Origin: an uncultured Chitinophagaceae bacterium
GTDB taxonomy: Bacteria > Bacteroidota > Bacteroidia > Chitinophagales > Chitinophagaceae
Length of the DNA stretch: 30,640 bases
Assembly (NCBI GenBank): GCA_903841915.1
Contig: CAIMKO010000182.1
Location: 1 to 30,640, forward strand
Direction of reading: 5' to 3'
The position numbers and the translations under genes were made by a program. Below, piece by piece: positions 17,642 to 26,347 of the stretch; position 1 is the first letter of the stretch; each line of letters begins with the position of its first letter. Below the pieces are notes generated by a model. That model was not told where the DNA came from and did not search any database. It worked only from the letters and a program-made list of their open reading frames with translations.

Positions 17642-18979
17642 TTAAAAACTAACAGGAATACCCATATAGAATTGATAGATCTTATTGTACAAGGCAGCAG
17701 TGTATTTAGCCTGCGTAAAAGCCTGTAAAGCCTGCACATAGGCATTCTTCTGTTGAAGCAACTCCACGGCATTCACAGCACCGAGTTTTAATTGTTCATT
17801 CGTTATACGGTATATTTCTTCACTTGTTTTAAACTGGATCTCTGCAGCAGTATATTGAGCCTGCGCGTTAATTAAGTTGATATAAGTTTGCTCAACTTCC
17901 TGATTAAGGATCGTCTTAGTATCATACAATGAAAGTTTAGATTGTTGAAGAAAGATCCTTGATCTATTGATACTGGTCCTGTTTACTCTCCTGCTGTAAA
18001 TGGGAATACCCATTGTAACTGAAAGTGATTGATAAAAATTAGTATTCATCTGCGGCAGATATACGCCGGCTTCATTATCCGAATAGCCTGTTGATAGCCC
18101 GCCGTTCAGGCTTATGATGGGTTTTACACTTGATTGTGTTTTTTCTAGTTCTACCTCTGATATTTTTATTTGTACTTCTTTATTTTTTATTTCAGGTCTT
18201 GTTTGCTGCGCTTCATTTTGTGCATTCGATAAAGATGCTAATGCATAATGCACAGGGATACTATCCGGTGCGCTTGTTTGAAAATCGAATGAAGTGGGCA
18301 ACAAAAGATATTGTTTTAAAATAACCGTATTCAATTTAAAATTATTGGTCGCATTGATAATATTGTATTGATCAACGGCTACCTGTGATTGCAGTTGTAA
18401 GAAATCTTTCCTTGCAATACTGCCGGCATCAAAACGTTGTTGTCCCTGTTGCATCTGGCCTTGTGAAGTAGCCAATACTGCTTCAAAAGAGATCATGATC
18501 TCTTTGGCAAGAAGGATATTGAAAAAAGCTTGTGTGATACTTAATGTAAGACTGTTCTCGGTTTCTTTAACATTGAGGTTAGCAGATTGAACGGATAGAT
18601 CTTTTGATCGGATATCATTTTTTAAATAACCGGCATTATAAAGCGTCATGGAAGAAGTCAACCCGTAACTGCTGGAGAAATGCGCTTCGTCTTGCATTCC
18701 ACCTGTAGAACTGTTTATTTTATTACTGTTGATCACCGATTGAGAAACCGATCCGGTTAAATTAGGCAAAACACCTGCTTTTGATTGCAAGAGATCTTCT
18801 TCCGTTGAACGAATACTTAGTCGCAGTGTTGCCAACGAAATATTTTTCAGCTTTGCATAAGCGATACAATCCTGTAAACGCCATTGTTTAGGCAGGCTGC
18901 TCAACAATGTATCCTGTGCATTCAATGATGAAAACATTGTAAATAAAACAACAGCCGTTGACACAAAAGTTCTATACAT
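17642..18979 (-). CDS. tolC: TolC-family outer-membrane efflux protein
   Basis: Signal peptide, W.LQDCI.YA, LPNLTGS, two OEP-like repeats (TQAFFNILLA; RPEIK; QF..SE...RI..EQ.KLGA). First gene of the tripartite pump operon. Confidence 0.92.
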   Translation of the reverse strand: MYRTFVSTAVVLFTMFSSLNAQDTLLSSLPKQWRLQDCIAYAKLKNISLATLRLSIRSTEEDLLQSKAGVLPNLTGSVSQSVINSNKINSSTGGMQDEAHFSSSYGLTSSMTLYNAGYLKNDIRSKDLSVQSANLNVKETENSLTLSITQAFFNILLAKEIMISFEAVLATSQGQMQQGQQRFDAGSIARKDFLQLQSQVAVDQYNIINATNNFKLNTVILKQYLLLPTSFDFQTSAPDSIPVHYALASLSNAQNEAQQTRPEIKNKEVQIKISEVELEKTQSSVKPIISLNGGLSTGYSDNEAGVYLPQMNTNFYQSLSVTMGIPIYSRRVNRTSINRSRIFLQQSKLSLYDTKTILNQEVEQTYINLINAQAQYTAAEIQFKTSEEIYRITNEQLKLGAVNAVELLQQKNAYVQALQAFTQAKYTAALYNKIYQFYMGIPVSF

Positions 18980-19188
18980 AAATAAACTTGACTTACGAGA
19001 AGAATAGAATACCCATTATTCCGGAAGATTATTGCTGCAAAGTTCATTACACACAACAGGATGCTTGTTACATAAGTTTTTAAAAAACTTACAGGATTCA
19101 CATATCATCAAAAAAGGAAAGCAAAAAAATGTTCAGAAAGAAAAGGGGGTCAGACAATTGGCGATGCTATAAAATACAAAAGCCTTAA

Positions 19189-19226
19189 AAATAAAAAACC
19201 CCGAAAGCAAGAGCGATCAGGGTTTT
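19189..19226 (-). terminator. Intrinsic terminator of the GH3 gene
   Basis: Minus strand AAAACCCTGA...TCGGGGTTTT stem followed by TTATTTTT. Confidence 0.7.
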
Positions 19227-19243
19227 AAAAGAATATGTTTATA

Positions 19244-21499
19244 TTATTTTAGTGTAAGATCTTTTTCCAAAACATCTTTAGAGCTACTGCCCACAAAGAT
19301 CTTGAAAGCGCCGGCTTCTAATTTTGCATTGCCATCGGCATCATAAAATGAAAGATCTTTTCCTGTTAATGTGAAACTGAGTTCTTTGGTTTCACCGGCT
19401 TTTAAAGATACTTTCCGGAATGCCTTTAATTCTTTCACCGGACGAATGATCGATGCGGTAATATCTCTGATATACAATTGCACTACTTCTTCACCATCCA
19501 TTTTTCCGGTATTGCTCACAGTGATCTTGACAGTGAGCTTATCTGTTTTTGAGATAGTGTTGCTGCTTAACGTAAGATCACTGTATTTGTAAGTGGTATA
19601 GCTTAAACCAAATCCAAACGGATATAAAGGATCGTTTGGAATATCGCGATAACGAGAGAACCAATTGCCTGCATCATCAGTTGGATTAGGTCTGCTTGTG
19701 TTGAAATGATTGTAGTAAACAGGGATTTGTCCAATAGCATAAGGAAAACTTACAACTGTCTTCGCAGAAGGATTATAGGCACCTGTCACAACATCAGCAA
19801 TAGCATTTCCTGTTTCTGTTCCCAATATCCAGCAATAGGCGATAGAAGAAACAAGATCATTTATATTTGTTAGGATCAAAGGTCGTCCTGCTGTAACCAA
19901 TGCAACGATCGGCTTTCCTGTTTTTTGCAATGCTTTTAATAATTGTACTTGTCCTTCAGGAATAACAGGATTTGCCAAAGCTCTGTCTTCCCCTGCCATT
20001 TTTCCGGAAATGCCCACATTCACCAGAACAACATCCGAATTATTGGCTGATTGAACAGCAGCATTAATTAAATTATCGTTGGTGCTTGCATCTGCATTAT
20101 AGCCTTCTGCATAATTGATAGCAGACTCTCCTAATTTGTTTTTCAATCCGTCATAGATCGTTACGGCATTATTGGCTGTTCCGTTACCGATCCAGAAATC
20201 AAACATATCTTCTTTGCTCTTTGCATAATAACCGATCAACGCAACTTTTTTTGTTGCAGCAGTTAGTGGTAAAAGATTATTATTATTTTTTAATAAAACA
20301 ATGGAAGCTTTTGCGGCATTTCTTGCTTCGGCTCTGTTGGCTTCAGTAAATAATGTTTTGCTTTCTCTTTCTTCATCAGAGAATTTGTAAGGATTATCAA
20401 ATAGGCCAAGTTTGAATTTGTAATATAAAATTCTGGCAACGGCATTATCCACTTCTGCAACAGTGATCTTTCCTTCTTTCACAAGTTGTGGTAAATAATC
20501 AATGATCACTTTTGATTCCATGTCCATCATACTTCCTGCCTGAATGGCTTTCAGTGCAGCATCTTTTCTGTCGGCTGCATAACCATGCGGTATTTGTTCG
20601 CCAAATGAAGCCCAATCACTTACTAAGAAACCTTTGAAGCCCCATTTCTTCAATAAAATATCGTGTACCAAGTATTTATTACCGCTTGCAGGAACACCTT
20701 CAAATACATTGAATGAATTCATCACAGTTGCGGCACCGGCTTCAACGGCGGCTTTGTACGGCGGTAAATATTTATTCCATAATTGAACACGGGAAACATC
20801 TACCTGATTGTACTCACGACCTGCTTCCACTGCGCCATACACGGCGAAATGTTTTACGCATGCCATGATATGTTCAACATCATTCAAATTGCCTTGTAAA
20901 CCTTTTACTCTTGCAGCAGACAATAATGAACCGTAATAAGGATCTTCGCCAATGCCTTCCATGATCCTGCCCCAACGAGGGTCGTTGGTGATATCACACA
21001 TGGGTGCAAATGTCCAGTTGATCCCTGCAGAAGCTGCTTCTTTTGCAGCAACAGCTGAATTTTTTTCTGCCTGCTTCAAATCCCAACTGCAGGCCTCTGC
21101 TAATGGGATGGGGAATATCGTTCTGTAACCGTGTATCACATCAAAACCAAAAAGAACGGGAATGCCCAAGCGGGTTTCTTCCACGGCAACTTTTTGAACA
21201 GCTTTGGTTTCTTTTGCGCCCAAGACGTTTAAAAATGAGCCAACTTTACCATCACGCAGTTCTTGCATTTTGGTTTTTTGTCCGGCATCATTTGCAGCAG
21301 GCCCTGTAAATAATCCACCGTTCAATTGGTTTAATTGTCCGGCTTTTTCTTCAATGGTCATACGTTTTAGAAGGTCGCTGACACGCTGCTCTATCGGCGC
21401 TTTTGCATCTTTATAAACGGCTTTTTCTGAGGCTTTTGTTTGTGCGAAACTGCAGGAAATAATAGCCATGCAGCAAAGGAGTGAGATCATTTTTTTCAT
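19244..21499 (-). CDS. bglX: GH3 beta-glucosidase (BglX-like) with C-terminal Fn3-like domain, secreted
   Basis: Signal peptide. RLGIP..FG.DVIHG, DPRWGRI.EG.GEDP, CVKHFA, nucleophile SDW, GED, PLYPFGFGLSYT and Fn3-like EVVQLYIRD. Confidence 0.95.
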   Translation of the reverse strand: MKKMISLLCCMAIISCSFAQTKASEKAVYKDAKAPIEQRVSDLLKRMTIEEKAGQLNQLNGGLFTGPAANDAGQKTKMQELRDGKVGSFLNVLGAKETKAVQKVAVEETRLGIPVLFGFDVIHGYRTIFPIPLAEACSWDLKQAEKNSAVAAKEAASAGINWTFAPMCDITNDPRWGRIMEGIGEDPYYGSLLSAARVKGLQGNLNDVEHIMACVKHFAVYGAVEAGREYNQVDVSRVQLWNKYLPPYKAAVEAGAATVMNSFNVFEGVPASGNKYLVHDILLKKWGFKGFLVSDWASFGEQIPHGYAADRKDAALKAIQAGSMMDMESKVIIDYLPQLVKEGKITVAEVDNAVARILYYKFKLGLFDNPYKFSDEERESKTLFTEANRAEARNAAKASIVLLKNNNNLLPLTAATKKVALIGYYAKSKEDMFDFWIGNGTANNAVTIYDGLKNKLGESAINYAEGYNADASTNDNLINAAVQSANNSDVVLVNVGISGKMAGEDRALANPVIPEGQVQLLKALQKTGKPIVALVTAGRPLILTNINDLVSSIAYCWILGTETGNAIADVVTGAYNPSAKTVVSFPYAIGQIPVYYNHFNTSRPNPTDDAGNWFSRYRDIPNDPLYPFGFGLSYTTYKYSDLTLSSNTISKTDKLTVKITVSNTGKMDGEEVVQLYIRDITASIIRPVKELKAFRKVSLKAGETKELSFTLTGKDLSFYDADGNAKLEAGAFKIFVGSSSKDVLEKDLTLK

Positions 21500-21593
21500 A
21501 TAGCAATAAATAAGTGATAATTGAGCTATGAAGTTATTTCAGTTTTTTTAAATAAAATCGCTTTCTTCATTTTTGTAAAAAGAAAATAACCAA

Positions 21594-22373
21594 ATGACTC
21601 CCCAAGATCAGAACCTGAAAAAATTTCTGGATGCAAAAGCAGATGAATACAATCGGCGGGAGTTTATAAAAAGCGATCCGGTCTGTATTCCCCATCTTTT
21701 CTCCAAAAAGCAGGATATTGAGATCGCAGCTTTGTTTGCTGCTGTTTTTGCATGGGGCAACCGTACCACCATCATCAACAAATCAATGGAATTGATGCAA
21801 TTGATGGAGAATTCTCCTCATGATTTTTGTATGAACTGTGCAGACAATGATCTGAAAAAACTCATGAAGTTTAAACACAGAACCTTCAATACAACTGATC
21901 TGCTCTATTTTATTGAGTTCTTGAAATATCATTATACCATACACAAAAGTCTGGAAACGGCTTTCACAAAAGGAATGAACAAGAATGATGCAACCATTGA
22001 AAATGCATTGATCGGTTTTCATGATTATTTTTTCTCGCTGGAGGATGTTCCGGCTAGAACTAAAAAACATATTGCCACGCCATATAAAAGATCAAATTGC
22101 AAGCGGTTGAATATGTTCTTGCGTTGGATGGTGCGGAAAGATGATAGGGGTGTTGATTTCGGGATCTGGCAAAAGATACTGCCGGCACAATTAATTTGTC
22201 CGATAGATGTCCATGTTGCCAGGGTGGCCAATCGGTTTAACTTATTATCAAGAAAGCAGATCGACTGGCAAACCGCATTGGAACTCACTGATTATCTGCG
22301 GACTTTAGATGCCAACGATCCTGTTAAATATGATTTCGCTTTATTTGGTTTGGGTGTGATGGAAAAATACTAA
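21594..22373 (+). CDS. TIGR02757/DUF2400 family protein
   Basis: FIKSDPVCIPH, DIEIAA..AA.FAWGNR, KRLNMFLRWMVRKD, DFGIW, PIDVHV.RVA and DPVKYDFALFGLG signatures. Confidence 0.9.
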   Translation: MTPQDQNLKKFLDAKADEYNRREFIKSDPVCIPHLFSKKQDIEIAALFAAVFAWGNRTTIINKSMELMQLMENSPHDFCMNCADNDLKKLMKFKHRTFNTTDLLYFIEFLKYHYTIHKSLETAFTKGMNKNDATIENALIGFHDYFFSLEDVPARTKKHIATPYKRSNCKRLNMFLRWMVRKDDRGVDFGIWQKILPAQLICPIDVHVARVANRFNLLSRKQIDWQTALELTDYLRTLDANDPVKYDFALFGLGVMEKY

Positions 22374-22502
22374 TTGATCATGTGAATGGCTGATCGAATG
22401 CAGCAAGCTTAGGTATTTTCCCCGCTGATTTTTCAATAACCATGTAGTACTAACAATCACTTGGACATCTTATCTATATAACAGCCCTGAACTGTATACG
22501 GC

Positions 22503-22560
22503 TTATCCATGAGTTATCCATGGGTTATCTATGGGTTATCTATGGATTATCTATGGGTTG
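22503..22560. repeat. Tandem repeat, 5 copies of an 11-bp unit TTATC(C/T)ATG(G/A)(G/A)
   Basis: TTATCCATGAG, TTATCCATGGG, TTATCTATGGG, TTATCTATGGA, TTATCTATGGG, then TTG. Located between convergent genes. Confidence 0.92.
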
Positions 22561-22661
22561 TGCGCCAGATTGTCAGCTCATCATTTGCAATTAACAGCAG
22601 GAAGGGTTACCTGATAGAGACAAAAAATAAAGGATCAACAATGCCATCATTCAATACTTGA

Positions 22662-22862
22662 TTAATCATGTTTTTCCAGCTGGAATAATTCTTCTACCGT
22701 GATCTTCAATTCTTTCGCCAATTTTAATGCCAGCACAGTTGATGGAACATATTTGCCCGATTCCATCGTGTTGATCGTTTGTCTGCTCACACCAATTTTT
22801 TTGGCAAGATCATCCTGTGTTAGATCATAAATAGCACGCTGTATTTTTATTTTATTTTTCAT
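22662..22862 (-). CDS. XRE/Cro-family helix-turn-helix transcriptional regulator
   Basis: MKNKIKIQRA...LTQDDLAKKIGVSRQTINTMESGKYVPS..LALKLA; 66 aa. Overlaps the upstream gene by 11 nt. Confidence 0.93.
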   Translation of the reverse strand: MKNKIKIQRAIYDLTQDDLAKKIGVSRQTINTMESGKYVPSTVLALKLAKELKITVEELFQLEKHD

Positions 22863-23298
22863 TGTTACTTTTGTTATATCGGGACATTAAGTATTTAAAA
22901 CGAATGATAAAAATGATCAGTACGGTAAACATATTCCAGATCATTACATGAAAGAACAATCCCCCGTAAACAAACAAGATACAAATTATCAATACCAGAT
23001 AATTCGCATAGACTGCCCAATGCAAAGATTCGAGGCGAATGAATTGAATCATCTCGTCTTCTGTCTTCTCTTTGGAAAATGAGATCAGTAACAAACTGAG
23101 GATCATCCCAATTGCTGCAAGTTCATCTGTAAAATTATTTTCAGTAAAATCAATAATGCCCTGCGGGTTATGTTTATACTGCAACCATGGAATATTATAA
23201 TCGAAGAATAAATACGCTATTCCAATTGCGAGAAAAAAAGGTAAAATGATGTAACCGATCTTCTGCCAGGAGTGAGGAAATAAGGGTAACTGTTTCAT
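22852..23298 (-). CDS. Hypothetical membrane protein (about 4 TM) translationally coupled to the XRE regulator
   Basis: Hydrophobic helices with an FSKEK.EDE.I..IRLESL linker, a pattern I associate with membrane partners of small XRE genes in Bacteroidota. Confidence 0.8.
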   Translation of the reverse strand: MKQLPLFPHSWQKIGYIILPFFLAIGIAYLFFDYNIPWLQYKHNPQGIIDFTENNFTDELAAIGMILSLLLISFSKEKTEDEMIQFIRLESLHWAVYANYLVLIICILFVYGGLFFHVMIWNMFTVLIIFIIRFKYLMSRYNKSNNEK

Positions 23299-23318
23299 AA
23301 AATGATTTTTAGTGCAGC

Positions 23319-23371
23319 ATAAATGTAAAAATAATTACTCGAAATGACAAATAAACTTTACAAAATGTCAT
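23319..23371 (-). promoter_or_regulatory. Candidate promoter and operator of the membrane protein-XRE bicistron
   Basis: Minus strand TTG-N20-TACATTTA (near-consensus). The inverted repeat ATGACA(23344-23349)-N16-TGTCAT(23366-23371) abuts the -33 element. Confidence 0.4.
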
Positions 23372-23455
23372 AAATAGCAGACATTTATATTTTCATTTAC
23401 AAATAATACAAACGGGAATGCTTTGACAGGTAATAAGTTGAACTTTACACCTGTA

Positions 23456-23740
23456 ATGAAAGGAATAATGTTAGACTTAGAAAACATAGATAAACTCAGC
23501 AAGCAAGACCTAGCAAATGCGATCAATTATCTGATCGAAGAAGATTTTCATGCTTTGATACAGGTTTTATATCGGTTAGATATTAATGAGAAATTACTCA
23601 AGCAAACTTTGCATGATAATAAAGAGGAAGACGCAGGGGTAATGATCGCTGATATGATCATTAAAAGGCAAACCCAAAAAGAGGAGTTTAAAAAACAATT
23701 CAAACAACAGAATGATATTGCTGAGGAAGATAAATGGTAA
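23456..23740 (+). CDS. Conserved-looking hypothetical protein (helical, acidic C-terminus)
   Basis: L..AINYLIEEDFHAL.Q.LYRLDINE..LK and C-terminal EEDKW look like a real protein. Start is uncertain (ATG 23456 or 23468 preferred over TTG 23423). Confidence 0.7.
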   Translation: MKGIMLDLENIDKLSKQDLANAINYLIEEDFHALIQVLYRLDINEKLLKQTLHDNKEEDAGVMIADMIIKRQTQKEEFKKQFKQQNDIAEEDKW

Positions 23741-23741
23741 T

Positions 23742-26261
23742 TTAATTCAGCAGATCATCAATCCGTTTAAATCCATATCCGTCTTTCTTTAAATAATCGA
23801 TCATTTCATTCAGTCGGTTGTATAATTTATCTGTTCTTCTCGGATCTGTTCCAGCATGGATCAATAAAATATACCCATTGAGACCGCTTGGTTTTTTTGA
23901 CAATTGTTTAATATGATCCAACAGCTCCTCACTGCTTTTATATGCCTTACCCATTTCAGGATAGGTATAATCCGCATTGGTTGCAGAGCCGGGGGTAAGA
24001 TTGAATAGTGAAAGACCGATCTCATTGCACCATTTGGCAATATCATCATTCCACCATTCATAAGGCGGTATGAACAATCTCCTTTCAGGATCATATACAT
24101 CCAGTTGTTCCATGGCGAGTTCATTCATATTAAAATCGTGAACAAAAGTTCCCCTGCTGATCAATGTGCTGTCTCTTTTGTTCCAGTCGCAATACAATAG
24201 ATGGTCATTGGAATGAGCGCCTAAATAATAAAAGTTTTCATCTAATACTTTTATGTTGGCAATATTCTTGGGATCGCTATAAAATCTTCCGGTAAAAAAG
24301 AAGGAACCGGAAATATCCTGTTGCTTCAATGTTTTGGCAATAAGAGGTAGTCCTTCACCAAATTCATCCGCAGTAAATACCAATGCGATTTCTTTTTTGC
24401 TGCTGTCGCCTCTGATCATAGCACCATGACTCCAGCTAATATTTTGTTTTGTAGCAACTGACTCCGGCTGAATGATAGGGTTTTTACTTTCTGCTTCTTT
24501 TGCCGCTAATAAATAAATCAAGTTCGCTGTACCATCCATGGTCGGTTCGTTGGTACTGTAATCGCCATAATCATCATGATACACGGCCATATCACTTTGA
24601 AAATCCTTGTATACATCTTCGTGTGTGAGTTTAAGGCCGATCAAACTGTTATAAATAGAACTATACACCGGACCATCTACCAATCCGCCATTGATCGGAT
24701 AATTTTTTAAATGCGTGAAGGCAGAATGCGGATCAACGGGCGTATCTCCCCATTCCGGTAAACCGTATACCATGCATATGCCCCAAGGATTACAGCCAAA
24801 GAGCCAATCGATGTTGGCTTGCTCTAATTCAGCATAACTATCATCTTTTTGATAATGGCGGTACCAATAACATTCTGTTGCAAAAGCAGTAGTTAAATTA
24901 TTACTGCACCAGGTAAATGGAATGCCGCGATAAAATGCATTGTGTTTTGCTTTTTCCCAAACACTGCTTATGCCGTCTTTGTAACTTAAAATTAATTCCG
25001 CTCCGTCATCAGTATTTGCCGAAGCTTTTGCCAGTTCATTTACCCCGATATGGATGAATGGATAATACTGGTAATGCTTAAGCGTATCTCTTCCCAACCA
25101 AGTTTGATGATAAGCACTATCTAAAAAGCTGTAAGCCGCATCCTTATATTTCTTATCCCTTGTTAATTTGTATAATTCTGTAGCAGCTAAACCCATATCA
25201 TCTTCCCAATCTTCTTCTTCATAGATATAAGGTGATACAACAGAAACGGTTTGAGAAACACCTTGTTTTTTATTTGCAAATGCATAAGCAGTAAATGCTT
25301 TGGCCCTTAAAAGATCGGCAAATTCAATATCCAGTTTATTAAATATGGAATAGCCTAATGCAAATGCGCTTGTAAATTTCGCTGCTGTAGAACTGGTGCC
25401 GGTTGTATTATTCATGAACTTGCCACGTTGTTGTGGTTCACCGGTAATTAAATAAACAGGGCGTTCAAACCCTTTACCATAATAATTATCTTCCTTGGGG
25501 ATTCGCATGCCTCTGTGATCACGATCATCTCCCAGTTGATTGAATAACAGATTCTTTTTCGGATGCATTTTTAATAGCCAATCCAGTCCCCATTTTGCTT
25601 CATCCAAAATATCAGCCCTGCCATTCTTTCCATTCAGACCATTGCCTTGTTTTTCATCTTCAAATACTTTTGGAAAGTCTCTGTACGCCATCAGTAAATG
25701 ATAGGTAGCATTGGCAGATGTTGAACTGTACTGCAAGTAATCACTCGCATCATGCCATCCGCCGGTTACATCAATATGAGTGCTGTCTTTAATTCCTGCT
25801 GATGCGCCATACAAGACATAACCATCATGGGTGTGACAACTGTCTTTCAAAAACGGATTAAAGCCACTTCTTTGCTGCCGCATGTATTGTAAACAAAAAT
25901 CTGCTGTTCCGGTATATACATCATCATCAATTGTAATAATGGGTGAAATAGTATTGCCTGCTTTGATATAAAATTTACCTGGCTTAGTAAATGCAGAAAA
26001 ATTCAAACGATAGGTCTGCTTGAAGGGGCCATATGCGCCAAAAGCCTTACTTGCATTATTGGTATAAACAATTTGGTGAGTTGCTGAATCGATCAATTCG
26101 AAAGCAGCGATTGAAATATCTTCTTTGCTACAGTATATAGCTACTTTTATTCCTTTCGTTGTATAGCCTAATTGATTGATTCGGATCCATGACTGAACTG
26201 CTTCATCAGTAGTGAATGAACTTAGGAGCAAAATCATCAATGAAAAAGTGATGTTTTTCAT
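23742..26261 (-). CDS. GH9 glycoside hydrolase (N-terminal Ig-like domain) fused to a C-terminal CE4/NodB-like deacetylase domain
   Basis: Signal peptide from ATG 26261. WIRINQLGY (CelD-N-like), GGWHDASDYLQY, DEAKWGLDWLLKM and DYSTNEPTMDGTA (catalytic acid). Then LVFTAD, GSFFFTG, GAHSNDH, FIPPYEWWN and LLIHAG. Confidence 0.88.
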   Translation of the reverse strand: MKNITFSLMILLLSSFTTDEAVQSWIRINQLGYTTKGIKVAIYCSKEDISIAAFELIDSATHQIVYTNNASKAFGAYGPFKQTYRLNFSAFTKPGKFYIKAGNTISPIITIDDDVYTGTADFCLQYMRQQRSGFNPFLKDSCHTHDGYVLYGASAGIKDSTHIDVTGGWHDASDYLQYSSTSANATYHLLMAYRDFPKVFEDEKQGNGLNGKNGRADILDEAKWGLDWLLKMHPKKNLLFNQLGDDRDHRGMRIPKEDNYYGKGFERPVYLITGEPQQRGKFMNNTTGTSSTAAKFTSAFALGYSIFNKLDIEFADLLRAKAFTAYAFANKKQGVSQTVSVVSPYIYEEEDWEDDMGLAATELYKLTRDKKYKDAAYSFLDSAYHQTWLGRDTLKHYQYYPFIHIGVNELAKASANTDDGAELILSYKDGISSVWEKAKHNAFYRGIPFTWCSNNLTTAFATECYWYRHYQKDDSYAELEQANIDWLFGCNPWGICMVYGLPEWGDTPVDPHSAFTHLKNYPINGGLVDGPVYSSIYNSLIGLKLTHEDVYKDFQSDMAVYHDDYGDYSTNEPTMDGTANLIYLLAAKEAESKNPIIQPESVATKQNISWSHGAMIRGDSSKKEIALVFTADEFGEGLPLIAKTLKQQDISGSFFFTGRFYSDPKNIANIKVLDENFYYLGAHSNDHLLYCDWNKRDSTLISRGTFVHDFNMNELAMEQLDVYDPERRLFIPPYEWWNDDIAKWCNEIGLSLFNLTPGSATNADYTYPEMGKAYKSSEELLDHIKQLSKKPSGLNGYILLIHAGTDPRRTDKLYNRLNEMIDYLKKDGYGFKRIDDLLN

Positions 26262-26347
26262 AACAAACGATTCTCCTTTAAAGGTACTCAGCATTTTACT
26301 CTTGTCCTCCGATTTTTAGTATAATTTCGGCTTAGAAAATTAATATT

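Noticed and set aside
22503-22560. CRISPR array
   Set aside because: The units are 11 bp, directly adjacent with no spacers, and no cas genes are present.
22509-22661. 50-aa ORF through the tandem repeat (MSYPWVIYGLSMDYLWVVRQ...)
   Set aside because: The 11-bp unit is not a multiple of 3, the peptide is simply the repeat read through shifting frames, and there is no leader. Probably spurious, though Ribo-seq could test it.
22374-22661. Chromosomal origin (oriC) call
   Set aside because: The cores only partly match DnaA boxes, there is no clear AT-rich unwinding element and no origin-associated genes. Kept only as a low-probability hypothesis in the findings.
23755-23790. ATCCGT/ATCCAT repeats resembling an intergenic repeat
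   Set aside because: They are inside the GH9-CE4 coding sequence (DGYGFKRIDD), so codon content explains them.
1041-26261. A polysaccharide utilisation locus linking GH97, GH3 and GH9-CE4
   Set aside because: The three CAZymes are scattered among unrelated housekeeping genes, with no SusC/SusD pair or sugar-sensing regulator in the window.
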